Assembly (NCBI GenBank): GCA_043228905.1
Contig: JBHGNT010000003.1
Coordinates: 17,298,001-17,362,000, forward strand
Origin: Azolla caroliniana
Taxonomy: Eukaryota > Plantae > Polypodiophyta
Direction of reading: 5' to 3'
Length of the DNA: 64,000 nucleotides
Part shown: in pieces, positions 24,031-37,665 of the stretch
Layout of the letters: every line of letters starts with the position of its first letter
How positions within the stretch are numbered: position 1 is the stretch's first letter
The notes under the pieces: generated by a model
What the model was told of the DNA's origin: nothing
The model's database searches: none
What the model saw: the letters and a program-made list of their open reading frames with translations, nothing else
Made by a program: the position numbers and the translations under genes

Positions 24031-26432
24031 ATTGCAACAGAACGGTGTAGCCGAATGCAAGAATAGGCACATTCTCGAAGTAGCAAGGGCCATGCTAAAT
24101 GAGAAGCATATGCCCGAGTCATATTGGGTAGAAGCTGCAAATACCGTCATCTACCTCATGAACAGGTGCACAACATCCGGAGTGCACGAGGTCACCCCAC
24201 ACGAGAAGTACTATGGGAAGAAGTCGGATCTATCCCATATAAGGATATTCGGCTCCATTGCATACATGCACATTCCCGATGAGAAGCGACAGAAGCTTGA
24301 CCCAAAATCAAAGAAGTGCATCCTCGTGGGGTACTCACTGGAGCAAATGGGGTACAAGTGCTTCAACCCCTCTACTCGGAAGGCTCGTGTAAGTCGGGAT
24401 GTCGTCTTTGACAACATCATGGTACAAACCCGAGCCATCAACAAACAACCTCGACAACACAGAAGACGATGATCAATTAAGGTCAATACTTGAAGAGAGT
24501 CCGATCTCGACCAGATTGAGCGAACCACAAGAGCCTCCAAACAACCAAAGCACATCTCGGCCAAGTCCAAAGATGGACAAAGGGAAGGCCAAAATGCCAA
24601 GATATGAAGATGATCACTTCGACGGCAGCGAATAGACTCACTCACTCGATAGTGAGTTCGATGGCTTTGATGTGCCTCTTATGAGGTCACCCAGAGGTAA
24701 GAAAGCATTCACATCGGCAAATGAGAAACTCTGTCACTCCACCCGAGAGAAGAATCTGGTTAGTCGATTCGGCTACAATGACTATATGGCATACCATTAT
24801 GCCTTTATGATGAAGGTGGCAGCAGTTCGAGAACCAGAGAGCTTTGTCGAGGCCGCTAAAGATCCATGATGGGCTGAAGCGATGAATGAGGAGATGCAAG
24901 CTCTCAGCAAGAATGAGACATGGGATCTCGTCCCTCACTCACCACACAAGAAGGCAATCAGTTGCAGATGGATATACAAAGTGAAGTATAATGTCGACGG
25001 TTTCGTCAACCGCTACAAAGCTCGACTCGTAGCAAAGGCTACGCACAAACACAGGGAGTCGACTATGAAGAGACTTTTGCCCCGGTGGCAAAGATGAAAA
25101 CCGTGTGAACCGTGATAGGGCTTGCTACAACGAAAGGGTGGGACCTCCACTAGATGGATGTCAAGAACGTCTTTCTTAAAGGCGAATTAGAAGAGGAGGT
25201 GTACATGGTACAACCACCCAGCTTCGAATCCAACATTCATCTGAAAGTCGTCTACCAACTCAAGAAGCCTCTCTACGGCCTTAAGCAAGCACCACGTGCT
25301 TGGCACTCGAAGATAACACGATATCTTCATCGAATCGGCTTCCGAATGTCAAAATCCAACAATTCTCTCTATGTAAGAAGCGATTTCAAAAGTTCGATTG
25401 TCATCATCCTATACGTGGATGATCTGGTCATTGCAGGTGAGCATCTAGTCGACATCAACAAGGTGAAGTCCCTCCTCTCCAGCAAATTCGAGATGACAGA
25501 CATGAAAGAGCTCCATTACTTCCTTGGCATTGAGGTAATCCGAACTCCAACCGGAGTAATGCTCTCTCAACAACACTACATCCTCAACTTGTTATACAAG
25601 TTCGGGATGACTGAGTGCAAATCTATGGCAACCCTGCTCGACCAAAACCTCAAACTGGATGCCAATTCTGGCACGACAGAGTGTGAGCCAACACACTATC
25701 AACAACTTGTTGGTAGTCTCATCTACCTCACGATCACTCGACCCAATCTGAGCTATTCGGTCGGCCTCCTTAGCCAATTCAAGCAAACTCCACGAGATAT
25801 CCATTCGAATTGTGCTAAGCGAGTGCTGAGATACGTGAGTGGAATGATGGACTATGGCATTCTCTATAAGTCGACCATGACAATTCAACTCGAAGGCTAC
25901 ACAGATGTCGATTGGGCCGGCTACAAAGCCGATCGACGATCAACCTCTAGTTTCGTCTTCTCCCTCGAAAGTGGAGCCATCTCCTAGAGTAGCAAGAAGC
26001 AACCAACCGTCGCTCTTTCGAGCACAAAGGCCGAATACAGGGGCGTGACGATAGCTGCATGTGAAGCCGTATGGCTCAAGAGGATATTGAAGGATCTAGG
26101 CGTTCCCATCAAAGATCTGATTCCCCTTTACTACGACAACATGAGCAGTATTAATCTGGCTCGGAACCCGGTGTTCCACGCACGCATGAAGCATATCAAA
26201 GTGCATTATCACTTCATTCGAGAGTGCGTTCAGGTTGGAGATGTCAACCATCAACACATTAGCACGAATCTTCAGACAACCGACATCTTCACCAAAGCCC
26301 TAAGAGCCGACAAGCTTCGGCAATTCATGTCAGACCTTGGATTGATGATTCCTGACTTGCCAAGCTTGAGGGGGAGTACGTTTGAACCGGGTATTAGCCA
26401 AAGTGGACAAGCCGACCCAAGTTGAGCTTGAG
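24031..26432 (+). mobile_element. Decayed copia integrase-RT-RNase H fragment
   Basis: QQNGVAE; MNEEMQALSKNETW; LYVDD; DIFTKAL..LRG; ends at cccaagttgagcttgag. Confidence 0.9.
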
Positions 26433-26439
26433 CTGGAGA

Positions 26440-26974
<535 letters not shown>

Positions 26975-27158
26975 TTAGTTGGCAAGATTATCATGTTTCC
27001 TCTAGGACTCTTGTGTAAACTAGGCGAGGTAGTTTTCCTCCAACTCCTATCCATTAGTTGCCAAGACTGTTGTGTCTCCTCTAAGAGCCCCATGTAATCT
27101 AGGCGAGTAGTTTCCTTCAACTCCTACCCATTAGTTGCCAAGACCATTGTGTTTCCTT
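26975..27158. repeat. Tandem repeat, about 78-bp unit, 2.4 copies
   Basis: ttagttg(g/c)caaga unit starts at 26975, 27054 and 27131. Confidence 0.8.
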
Positions 27159-28304
27159 GTGTGCCAATTTGCCAAAGCCATTTGGGTTATTATGTTACAA
27201 TTAAGAAGGAAAATTAAGTGAGTTTTTGCATAACAACCTTAGGTATTTAGGGGTTGTGGTACAACTAGAGTATGTGGAATGGGTTATTTTTTTATTATCT
27301 CCATAGAGTACCTAACAAGTATGTAGGTTGAAAGGAAATTGATTCACCAATTGTTGCAACTAATTTCTATAGCTATCTTGTCCTCTACAAAGTTGCCCTT
27401 ATGTTAGAGGGTTTATCTTGCCATAAAATACTAATTAATTTAGTAGCGAGAAGGGCAATTTGTATTATCATGTTGTTTTAATGTATACACTAGTTTTACA
27501 CATAGAGAGAGTCCTATTTTTTAATATCAAACATCTCTCGTTATTATTTACTACTACAATGGCTACCAATATTTGAACATTTTTCAAATGTTAGGAGGAT
27601 ATTTAGCACATATTAAATAGTCTGGGCTATTTAGATAGATGTCGAGAAATGTTAGGATTTTTTTGGTAAAGTATGAAAACATTAATTGTGTTGTTGCGAG
27701 ATATCCGAAAGATGTCACTGTATTTATTGTAGATATATAAAAGGTCAAGGGTACTTTGTAAATATCCACGAAGTTAAGGGTATATTGGTGTGTGTGTGTG
27801 TATATAAGAACAAAATTGGTAGGTATATTAACACAAAAAAGAGGTTAGTTCTGTAGGTATATTGAAGGAAATCACAAAAGCAAAAGCTAATCCCATTGAG
27901 GTCTTTCCTTCCCATTTTCCATTGAATCCGATCAGTGTTCAAAGATGTACCCTATGCATGTCATTCATCTAAGAGGGTATTTAGGGAGATGAAGCACCAT
28001 CTACGCCGCATCTTTGTGCTTGTTATTAGCATGCCACTCGTCCTCTAGCTCAATTCCATGTACATCCCAATCTTTTGCCGGTCCAATCACGCCTATCTTC
28101 GTAAGTTGTTGCATACACACTTTACACTTATCGCGTGAACTCGGGTCATATTCACACACATTACCATTCTTATTGTTATTGTGTGTGTGTGTGTGTGTGT
28201 GTGTGAAACAAAGGTGAGAGTAATTTTGTGTGCAAAATAAAGGTGAGGGTAATTTTGTGTGTGATTGCATATATTGATCCAACAGAGAGAGAGACAGAGA
28301 AGCT

Positions 28305-30412
28305 ATGGCCTCTTCATCGTTCAATTCTAGCTTCCCCAGCAATCACCACAATCACCATCACCATCACCATAAGAAGCATTGGAAGAAGATCGGCTTGGGA
28401 GGTTCCATTGTAGCCATAACTGTAGCAGCAGCTGCAGCAGGGGTAACCTCTGCTCAACTCATCAACAAAGAATGCTCCAAAAGAAATCCGATATGGATGC
28501 AATGTAGTAGTGGCAGTGGTGGGTTTTCCCCATTTGCTTCTCTCTCTCATCATTCCCTGTCTCTGGCATCGTCTTTCACGGAGCCCAGGACAGGGGTCTC
28601 TTTCCCGACCTCCATTGTTGCTGGTGATGATGAAGGGAAGTCAGAGGAATTGCATCTTGCCGGTACCGGATTGCGGAAAAAGAACATCCTTGGCCTCAAG
28701 AACATCACTGTCTATGCATTTGGTAAAACCAAAATCAAATCTCTTATGTTTTTTATTTTTTGTATTTGTTTTATGGATCTTCATGTACCTTTTTTGTTAA
28801 TTTTTGTATTTTCTTTATTGTTGTATTATATATGGTATATGTGGATCTGGTTTCCTTCGTAGAAGTGGCATTGTCTCAGATTGCATGTTCATTTACTATA
28901 TATATAGATTGCATGTTAATTCAACTCTGTTTTTTTGCATGTAATTATATATAAATATATACGCCCTAACAATGCATGTTTTTTCCTTCATAGAATTATG
29001 TGAATAGATACTGTAGGTCGCATGTATTTACTGCTGCTTTTTCTCCCTTAATGTTATATCTTCATGTATATATACCGTAGATTGCATGATATTTAGCCTT
29101 CACAGAATTATGCATATATGCATTACAGATGGCAACTGCAAGTATTCAGTGCCATTTTTTCTCGCTTAATGTTACAAGTGCATGTATATATTCCATGGGT
29201 TGCATGTTATTTCAGCTATTTTATTATTTCTATTTGATTATTTGATGTGTTATATTGCCATTATTATTTGATGGTGTATTATACAAATGGCATTATTATA
29301 TGGATCTCATGTATTCAGCGCCATTTTTTCTCTCTTAATGTTACAAGTGTATGCATATATAACCTAGATTGTGTGTTATTTCACGTTCCATGGAATTTTG
29401 TGCATATATATGGGACAGATCAAATGTATCCAACACCAGTTTTTCTCTCTTAGTGCTACAAGTTTTATATACTGTTGCTGTATTACAGGAGTTTATGCTG
29501 ATGAAATTGGTCTAAAAGAGAAGCTCAGTAGTGAAAGCAAGTACACCGAACTTCCGGTCTCGGACTTAAAACAAAATAAGGCATTCTACGATGATCTCAC
29601 AACATCAGATTTTAAGATGGGAGTAAGGCTTGTCATTGTATATGGAAGGCTGAAAATTGGATCCGTCAGAAGTGCATTCGAAGACTCGATCGGTAGCAGG
29701 ATCAAGAAGTTCAATGGCAAAGAAGATAGGCCATTACTTGAGAGGTTAGGAAAAGAAAACAAATATTGACAATTTGTAAAATTTATATAATTGTTACATG
29801 CATGCTAAGACCCATGATTTCTTCTTCATTTAACTTTTTATTTTGTTTGAACCTTTGGTTCAGTTTCACAAAGTTATTTCGCGATGACATCAAGCTGCCA
29901 TCAGGGACAATCATTGACATTACTAGGCATTCGGGACACATCCTTAAGACAAAAAGTAAGCGTATCAGTCCCATTAATATGCAACAAGAAGCATATCTAA
30001 CTAATAACTGTATCTAACATACCCTGAATTTTTGGATATTTACCAAAATAACCCCCCCAAACTCACAGACATTAATATCACGAGAACTTCTATTTGGTCA
30101 TAATAATAATTGTAGATATCCTATTTCATAGGTATCCAGATAATTTCTGTTATTTTCAGAAAATAGCAAAAATGATGGGTGTTTTCCATTCAGCACTTAG
30201 TTCTTTCATTTCAGTCTCTCTTTTTATAGTCTTTCAATACTAAGTTTGGTTTGTATTTTTGCATGCTTACAGTTGGGGATATTGAATTGGGAGCAGTACA
30301 AAGCCCATTATTATGTCGTGCTCTCCTTGATCTTTACATCGGGGAAGAAGCATTCGACCCAGAAGGAAAGGAAGAGATTTGTTCGAAATTAGCATCAATA
30401 GTTAGAAGCTAA
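28305..30412 (+). CDS. FAP1: Chalcone-isomerase-fold fatty-acid-binding protein 1 (301 aa)
   Basis: Exons 28305-28722, 29489-29744, 29864-29955, 30273-30412; all GT-AG and phases consistent. Motifs EPRTGVSFP, GTGLRKKNILGLKNITVYAFGVY, VRLVIVYGRLKIGSVRSAFE, VQSPLLCRALLDLYIGEEAFD. Confidence 0.93.
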
Positions 30413-31835
30413 TAAATTGTCCATTGTATCTTTAGCTCTTAATAATTTTTAGCAAAAAATGGTGGCCAATGTTTTTTCATTTATAAATCTATCTCGGAGC
30501 ATTTATAAATCTATCTTAGAGCTTTTAGACAATAAATCAGTCTCGGACCAAGAAGAGAGACTTGTCAGTCCCCTATCTATACAAACTAACTTAAATAAAA
30601 AAATTCTGCTTGTTTGACATGGTGCCATTCATATTTTAAGATGTGTTAGAGTGTGTATCGAAGAACCATGGCAATACATTTTTGTAGATTACAAGCAAGT
30701 TTTTATCAAAAGATAGTTTATTAAATCAAAGTGTCAAGCCAATACATTTTTGTAGATTACAAGCAAGTTCATCAAAAGATAGTTCATATTTTTTGGAAAA
30801 AAAAGGTAGTTTATTAAATTAAAGTGTAAACAAAGATGCATTCGGATTCTTTGTGCTTTGCATTCAATTAAGTTTGTGCCATATGAGCTAATGAACATTT
30901 CATGAATAGGTTCCACTATACTTGTGAGAATTTGCTAGATTAAAAACACTGAACATTAAAAAGTGTGATATTTGTTATGTTATACTGTAGATTCTCAAAA
31001 AATTCAATCAATTATGGATTTGTGATAACCAAATTATGCCATGTTCTTGTTTCTTGGGAAATTTGTAATTGGCATTTCGAAATAACCAAAGGCAACTTGG
31101 CAAGATATGTGTGATGACAACAGATTAATGCCATGTTTTTGTTTCTTGGGAAATTTGTGATTGGCATCTCAAAAAAAAACAGAAATAATCAAAGGCAACT
31201 CAACAAGATACATGTTGAGAACACAAATATAAAAATATATATATTATTCATATCAGCAATCATTGGGAACTGACCAAAGTAGAAGTGTTAAAAGGAGCAC
31301 TATACGTAATAGACAGTCAAGAAATCCTCCATCAAAACATCTGTTTAGAATTTTTAACTCTTAGTAAAACTGTACGCACAAGAAATTCTCCATTATTTCA
31401 GCCAATTCTCCTTTTTGACAAATTTTGTAAATAAAAAAATAACATATTCCTATTCTGCCAAAATAACCTGAAACATTATTAGCAGAGAGAATGATGAGTC
31501 TTTGTACAAAACCGAAGCTCTACTTCTAAAAACTCAAAAAAATCCGATACCGTGGAGCCCCCAATTAGACAGCAACTCCACTAATACATAATATTTATTG
31601 ATCACTCTCATTTATCCTCTTCCTTGTATGCTTTCTGCTTCTTTATTGCCTGCTCTTGCATTTCATTCTACGTGATTTATGTAAATGAGAAATGGGTTTT
31701 GTTGGAGCACCGAAGGCACCAATCAAATATTATTCTAGAGTTATCCCTAAGTCTCTTCCTAAGTCTTTAACAATTCAATTTAAACCTTCGGATTCTTATC
31801 TTATCCCATTTCTCCATGAATTCATTAAGCCACAC

Positions 31836-34800
31836 TCATGCTTCTTTCGCACTTTCCAAGCTTCTGACAAACTCGGCAAGTTCTACAACTGCAATGTCAT
31901 CACCATCTTGTGTAGCTACAAACACAGAATCAGCTACACCAACAAAAAGACCTGAAAATACATGAACAGGAAAGCCATGAAAATTTTCCATTGCATGCTT
32001 CAACAGATTTCTGTGATAACCCAAGATATAATGGTATGGATTTGTTAGTTAATTACCATTCTCAACCACTCCAGGAATCATATTAATTGCCCGCTCAAGT
32101 TCTGCTGGATTCTTTATAGCTGCAGGAAATCTGTAAAGCCATAGTTTCAATGTTAATCTGTATATTGAGTCAGAGAGCACACAACAGCAAGAGATACTGA
32201 TGTCAATCGGTATCATATTTATTGCTGATATGGTCTTAGTTGAGATGGCTATGCCAATTGTTTGGAAACCCTGAGATTGTTAGTTTCATACACCTATGTG
32301 GTCTGTAGTTTAGGAGAAATTGCATATTCTGTAGCAAATATGTGAAAGTAGAATTCAAACCTACAACCTCGGTCGTCTGAAAAGCTATTCCAGTAAGGTA
32401 AGCCCATTCCAAACAAAATAAGATACCAATGTCACTACAGTCATCAGACAAGTCTACAATGTGATTTGCCATAGCATGGGACATGATCCAATCACCATTT
32501 ATATAAGATATAAGAGATTCTATTGCAATGCAACTTTAATCATTTGAAGGGAACAACTACAAAATAAATCTAAATTTTTCTTTCTCCTTTAAATGCCCTT
32601 GAGTTTTTGTTTATGTCCTGCACATGATTAACCCCCAAAAGAAAGAAAAATGGATGAGTTCCTTCAGGGATTGACTGAGGGAATTTGGGGAAATAAAGAA
32701 AAAGTCCCATATTTTGGGGTTTTCCACTTGTTTTAAAAGCATCCTTTTCTTAAGTATCTACTTCCTTTAAATGAGTATATAATTACAGATAGAATGGAAG
32801 TGTATACATATTCATACCTGACATCTACCACCATGTTCCCAAAGTCTGTGATTACAGGTCCATCTTTCCGTAAAGCATTTCGTATTTCAGGCTCTGAAAG
32901 GGAAAATGAAAAATTATACACGGCTTTTTCAAATTCAAACCAAAAGCTTAAGAATTAACTTACAGAAAGCTAGAGTGGGTAAGATGTTAATAAAAATATT
33001 TTACAGTGCCATCAAAGAACACGAATAGAAACATGCCCATATAGACTTAATACTGAACCTAGTGGATTTCCATGGCATTATCAAATGTATAAATCAAGGT
33101 TAGGGACTCTCTGCTCCACAAGCAAGTACTGCAATGATTGAATGTATCTCTGCAGAATGGCATATGGAAGAAATACATTTTTGTAGAAACAGCACTATCC
33201 CGTGGTGAGAATTTACCGTAGTATTCTTTACACTCTCGTTTAACCCTCACACTTATCCACGTGCATAGAATACTACGGTAAATTCTCACCACGGGATATT
33301 ATATGGTCATGCCCGTAACAAGCATTGTTGAACATTGTCCCCAAATAAGGTACTCCACAAAAACGCATTGAGCATTTTATATTACAACAGTCAACCATTA
33401 CCAAACAATCGCCTATGAAGAAAAGTATTAGACTTAGAGAATTCATATAGTGAATAAATCACCTCCCCCTAACGCAACCAATTGGCGAAGAACTGGTAAA
33501 ATTGCAGGTGGGAGAACTTCAACCTGAAAAGAGAAGTGTTCATGAATGAGCATGAGATTTATTGCATATCCATACAAAATATGCAAAAGGATGCCTGGAA
33601 CAAAAACAGAATTTGATAAGAAATGTTAAACACTCACTGTAACTGGAAATGCTGTGCCAAGTTCAGAAACAATTTTCGACTGGTCTACTATTATTATACA
33701 TTGCTTAGCCATAGTATTAACCACCTGTAATTACAGACAATGGTAACATTCACAATTTGTCACTACATATATTCAACCCAAAAAGTGAAATACGCAAAAT
33801 TCTCTTACTTTTGCCATAGTATGTGCAGCACCTCCACCCTGTACCAAAAAGATATAGCTAAAAGTGCTAAGACAAGGCCACAGCAGAAAATATGCATTTG
33901 ATTATTTACTTTATCTCATGATTCTCTAGTAGGTTAACATGTATATATCAGAATATGGAACTGCTAACCTTTATTAAGTTCATTGATGCATCTACTTCAT
34001 CTGCCCCATCAAAAGATAAGTCGATTGTGCTCACATCATTTAGATCAGCCTATTAAAGAGAAGATCACACACATGATGAGATAGCTTGTATAGGCATAAA
34101 TTGTTTTATGGAACGATAATGGATAGATAAAAAAGAGGAATATGCTATACTTACAGTTTTCAGACCAAATTGCCTTGCCAGAACCTTTGACTGATAACTC
34201 ATTCCAACTCCAACCACATCTTTTAGCTACAGTTCAAAAACAATAAAAGGTGAAACATTTCTTCTCAAAAAAACAGTACAACGCATTAGGACTTTTGTAA
34301 GGCGATATCTTAGCTACCCCAAAACATCAGCAAATAAATGAATACATCAAGGACTATGGAAAAAACCTTGCAGTGGAACTGGCAGACTGAAGCAGCCGTA
34401 TAAGGTGAGATTAAGCAGAAAACGTTAAGGGATTTCAATCTCTAGGCAGGACACATCATTGCACTTGGCACCAATCAAGAATTAGCAATTTATAAAGGCC
34501 TATCGTGATGATTGGAGTTATACACCTTGATATGCTGGAAGTTCAAAGATGACTAGGCAAGCACAAAGGGTCAACTACTGGGACCTCCATCACTAATACC
34601 AGCAATTTAAATACATTGCAATCTTTAGAAGATAAATTCAGTAGCATGTAATAGTAGCACGGAAATGCATTTGATTCCTCTGATTGAAAATTGAAACTTG
34701 AGGAACATTACAAACCTATAAAACAGGTTTCTTGCTCTATGGCTTTCGCATCAGAAGTTGGGGGCATTTTGTTACCACGTTAAAAATAAGGCTTTCACGT

Positions 34801-35886
34801 AGGAACATGAGATCTACTAGACCTTTGAAAAAATCGCCTAACGCCAAGAAAAATACCCTCTTGCTAATGTTATAATTTTTTACCTTCCCTTGTTGAATGA
34901 GTTTACCCAACTCCTCTATAGCCAAAGAAGCTGTGCTTCCAGTTCCAAGTCCAACAATCATTCCTGGCTTGATAAGCTCCACTGCTTTCTTTGCAACTGC
35001 TCTCTTCAAAGAAATCTGAAGAGCTGGATCCAAGGCTGCACCAGCAAACAACGTCATTGAATAAATCCTCAGATGCGTGTATGATGCATTTCCATGTATA
35101 ATGACTCTTTCAAAGAATATACATGTGAGGAAAATACATGCTTTAATGATGTATAACTTATTTCCATGTATGATGTCTCTTTCAAAGAATACACCATTAT
35201 GACAAAAATAAATGCGTGAATGGTATATACCAGTTTCCGTGTATCATGTATTTTTCCAAAGAATGCAACATAATAATAATAAAACATGTTTTCATGATAC
35301 ATAGTGTACTCATGTCTAATGCAAAAAGCATGCATGATGTATTTCCAAGGAATGCAACATTATGAAAGAACACATGCTTGTATTTCTAATGCATCATGTA
35401 TTTCTAATTATTCAATCTTCAATAGGAATGCAAAATGTATTTCTAATTAATCAATCTTCAATATGAAAGAACACATGCTTGTATGATGCATCATGTATTT
35501 CTAATGCAAAATGCATGCTTCGTATAATGAATTTCCACAGCTGAAACATTAACTGTGACAAAGAAGAAGAAACCATGGTTAGTATAAATATACTTCCACA
35601 GATGCAAGACATAAAAATGGAGATAAAAACACGAGAAGATCAATGTACAAGAAATGAGAGGAGGAGAAGAAAAAGAAGAGTTAACTTAACTGGAAGCGGA
35701 GGAATCTGCAGAAGCATTGAAGCAGCGCGTGGCGGAAATACTTGTTCTGCTGCTGAAGCTTTGTTTCTTGCATAGACCTGCCTGCGGCAAGGAGACCCTA
35801 GAGAAAGAAGCAGAAGCTGAGAATTGGTCGGGATTCGATGGGAGGCGAAGAGAGGAAGAAAGGATGGAAGCTTTGAGGAGAGCCAT
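31836..35886 (-). CDS. RPI: Ribose-5-phosphate isomerase A family protein with plastid transit peptide (314 aa), intron-rich paralog
   Basis: Exons (-): 35886-35691, 35035-34884, 34226-34155, 34049-33969, 33838-33809, 33724-33638, 33523-33463, 32893-32818, 32130-32057, 31951-31836; all GT-AG, open frame. Motifs GLGTGST, DGADEVD, IKGGG, VEVLP, GPVITDFGN, IPGVVENGLF; Ser-rich N-terminus. Confidence 0.93.
33196..33298. repeat. Perfect 32-bp inverted repeat (tiny MITE-like hairpin) in RPI intron 7
   Basis: tatcccgtggtgagaatttaccgtagtattct (33196-33227) and its reverse complement (33267-33298); outer TA could be a TSD. Confidence 0.85.
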
Positions 35887-37379
35887 GGAGAACAGGGGGG
35901 GGGTGAAGAAGGAACAGAAACAGAGACAGAAACAGGGGGGGGGCAAGGAACAATGGTGACCTCTCAAAGGGGAGGAAGTAAAAAAAAATTGAGGATGAAA
36001 ACAAGAGGAGGCCTATTCCTTGAGGAGAGACAAAGGAAGAAGAAGAAGAAGAAGAAGAAGAAACAAAGAAAAACAAAAGAGTAGGAACATTGGTCGGTCC
36101 CGTCTCGTCTGGATGGTTCTGGTTCCGCTTGGTTCGGGTCCGGTTGGGTCTGGTCCGATCGGAGGTGGTCAGTCGGGGGACAAATAAAGTGTCGCCGCCT
36201 CAGCCTGCCCACCATCTTCCTCTCATTGCATTGGCCGGGCCAACAGCTGCAATTGCCACCGCATCGTAGCATATAGGAGTTGCAAGTAGAGATTCGCACG
36301 AGCCTTTGATGACCTTTTTTCATTCGCACTTCTACTTCACTAGACAATAAGGCTTCTTCCTTAGAACTCCTCCTTTTTTAGGCTCCTCCTATATGGCGCA
36401 TTCGACTTTCTGTGTAAGGGATATTGCTCGAGGCATATAATGTTTACATACACAAACATGCCGTTTAATGTCACAAGTTCGAGGGTCTAATTTTCGTTTT
36501 AAGGAAGAATGGAACACATCCCTAAATGGACTAGACAAATCCTAATGTTTTGCTCGAAAAGACCTTGTGGTTTAGTAATGCTAGTTAGTTTCTACTTTTT
36601 GTATTACCTAAGGAATATCAAATACAAGGGTTATTATCATTAAGGAAATGTGAACAAACACTAATAATAAGTAGAGTGATGGTATGTATCAAGATAAGAG
36701 CAAGTTAGAGAGTTGGGGGGCAATTGTCCTTTCCTTCACAATAGCTTAAGTATCCATATGACATATTCCCCATCATGTTCCCCCCCATGAGATAGATGTG
36801 TTGGCTATTGTTAACGTTATCTCCCACTTGGACCTTGTTCATGGCCCAAAAGTGGGAAATCCTTGTGTGACATACATCCTCTTTCCTAGTACCTTTTCCA
36901 TAGTAGTTTTTTTAAGTCACCTACTTGTTTCAAGAGGTTGCGAGAGAGGATCTCTTACTGCCAATGTGGCAATCCATCAACTAGGAGGATTGGGGGTAGT
37001 CTAATTCTATTGAGCACGTGCACAATTGTGATTTGTAAAGCCGTTTTGAGATATATATATATATAGAGAGAGAGAGATCAGGATTGCCCCATCAATCAAG
37101 CAACAAGGGGTGCATGGTTTAACAAAGAGCAATGCACGACAAAGTGGCTTTCAATGCCAATATCAATGTTAGCAAGGTGGCATGCACACACGCTATGACT
37201 GGATCGAATAAGGGCCCAAGGGTGAGATTGTTTCTCCCGTGTTGGGCATCTACCATCCTCCAGAACCGATCTCTCTCTTTCTCGTTGTGTTTGTCTCTAT
37301 TCTTATCCACGACCAACTCAACTACCCCTTTGTGTGTGGTTGCATCTGGCCAACACCATACACACAAACAATCTACAGA

Positions 37380-37446
37380 GACACAGACACAGACACAAAC
37401 ACAAACACAAACACAAACACAAACACAAACACAAACACAAACACAC
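37380..37446. repeat. (ACACAA/G)n hexamer microsatellite
   Basis: Directly visible. Confidence 0.9.
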
Positions 37447-37665
37447 AGGCACACATGTGTGTGTGTAATTGTTTGTAGGAGTTAGATCTCTTTTCTTTTT
37501 GAGACAGTTCAACAGATAAATACATTATACATACATATGTATATGTTTTTAATAACATTTTTTATTTTGTTTTTTGATGTTTTATTTGATTTATTTTTAA
37601 TCCTTCATCTGCCTGCACTTTCTGATTCCTCGTCTCTTCTTTCTCTCACTCTCTCTGCAGAATCC

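Noticed and set aside
26975-27158. Spaced repeats superficially like a CRISPR array (also 56150-56405, 60080-60330)
   Set aside because: The intervening sequences are homologous to each other, there are no cas genes, and the context is eukaryotic.
29030-29470. Degenerate repeats in FAP1 intron 1 (similar ones at 30675-31200 and 35080-35520)
   Set aside because: Ordinary local duplications with no TIR, TSD or coding signal.
37119-37558. Overlapping ORFs upstream of the JTB-like gene
   Set aside because: Dominated by hexamer repeat; the non-repetitive part has no family I recognise.
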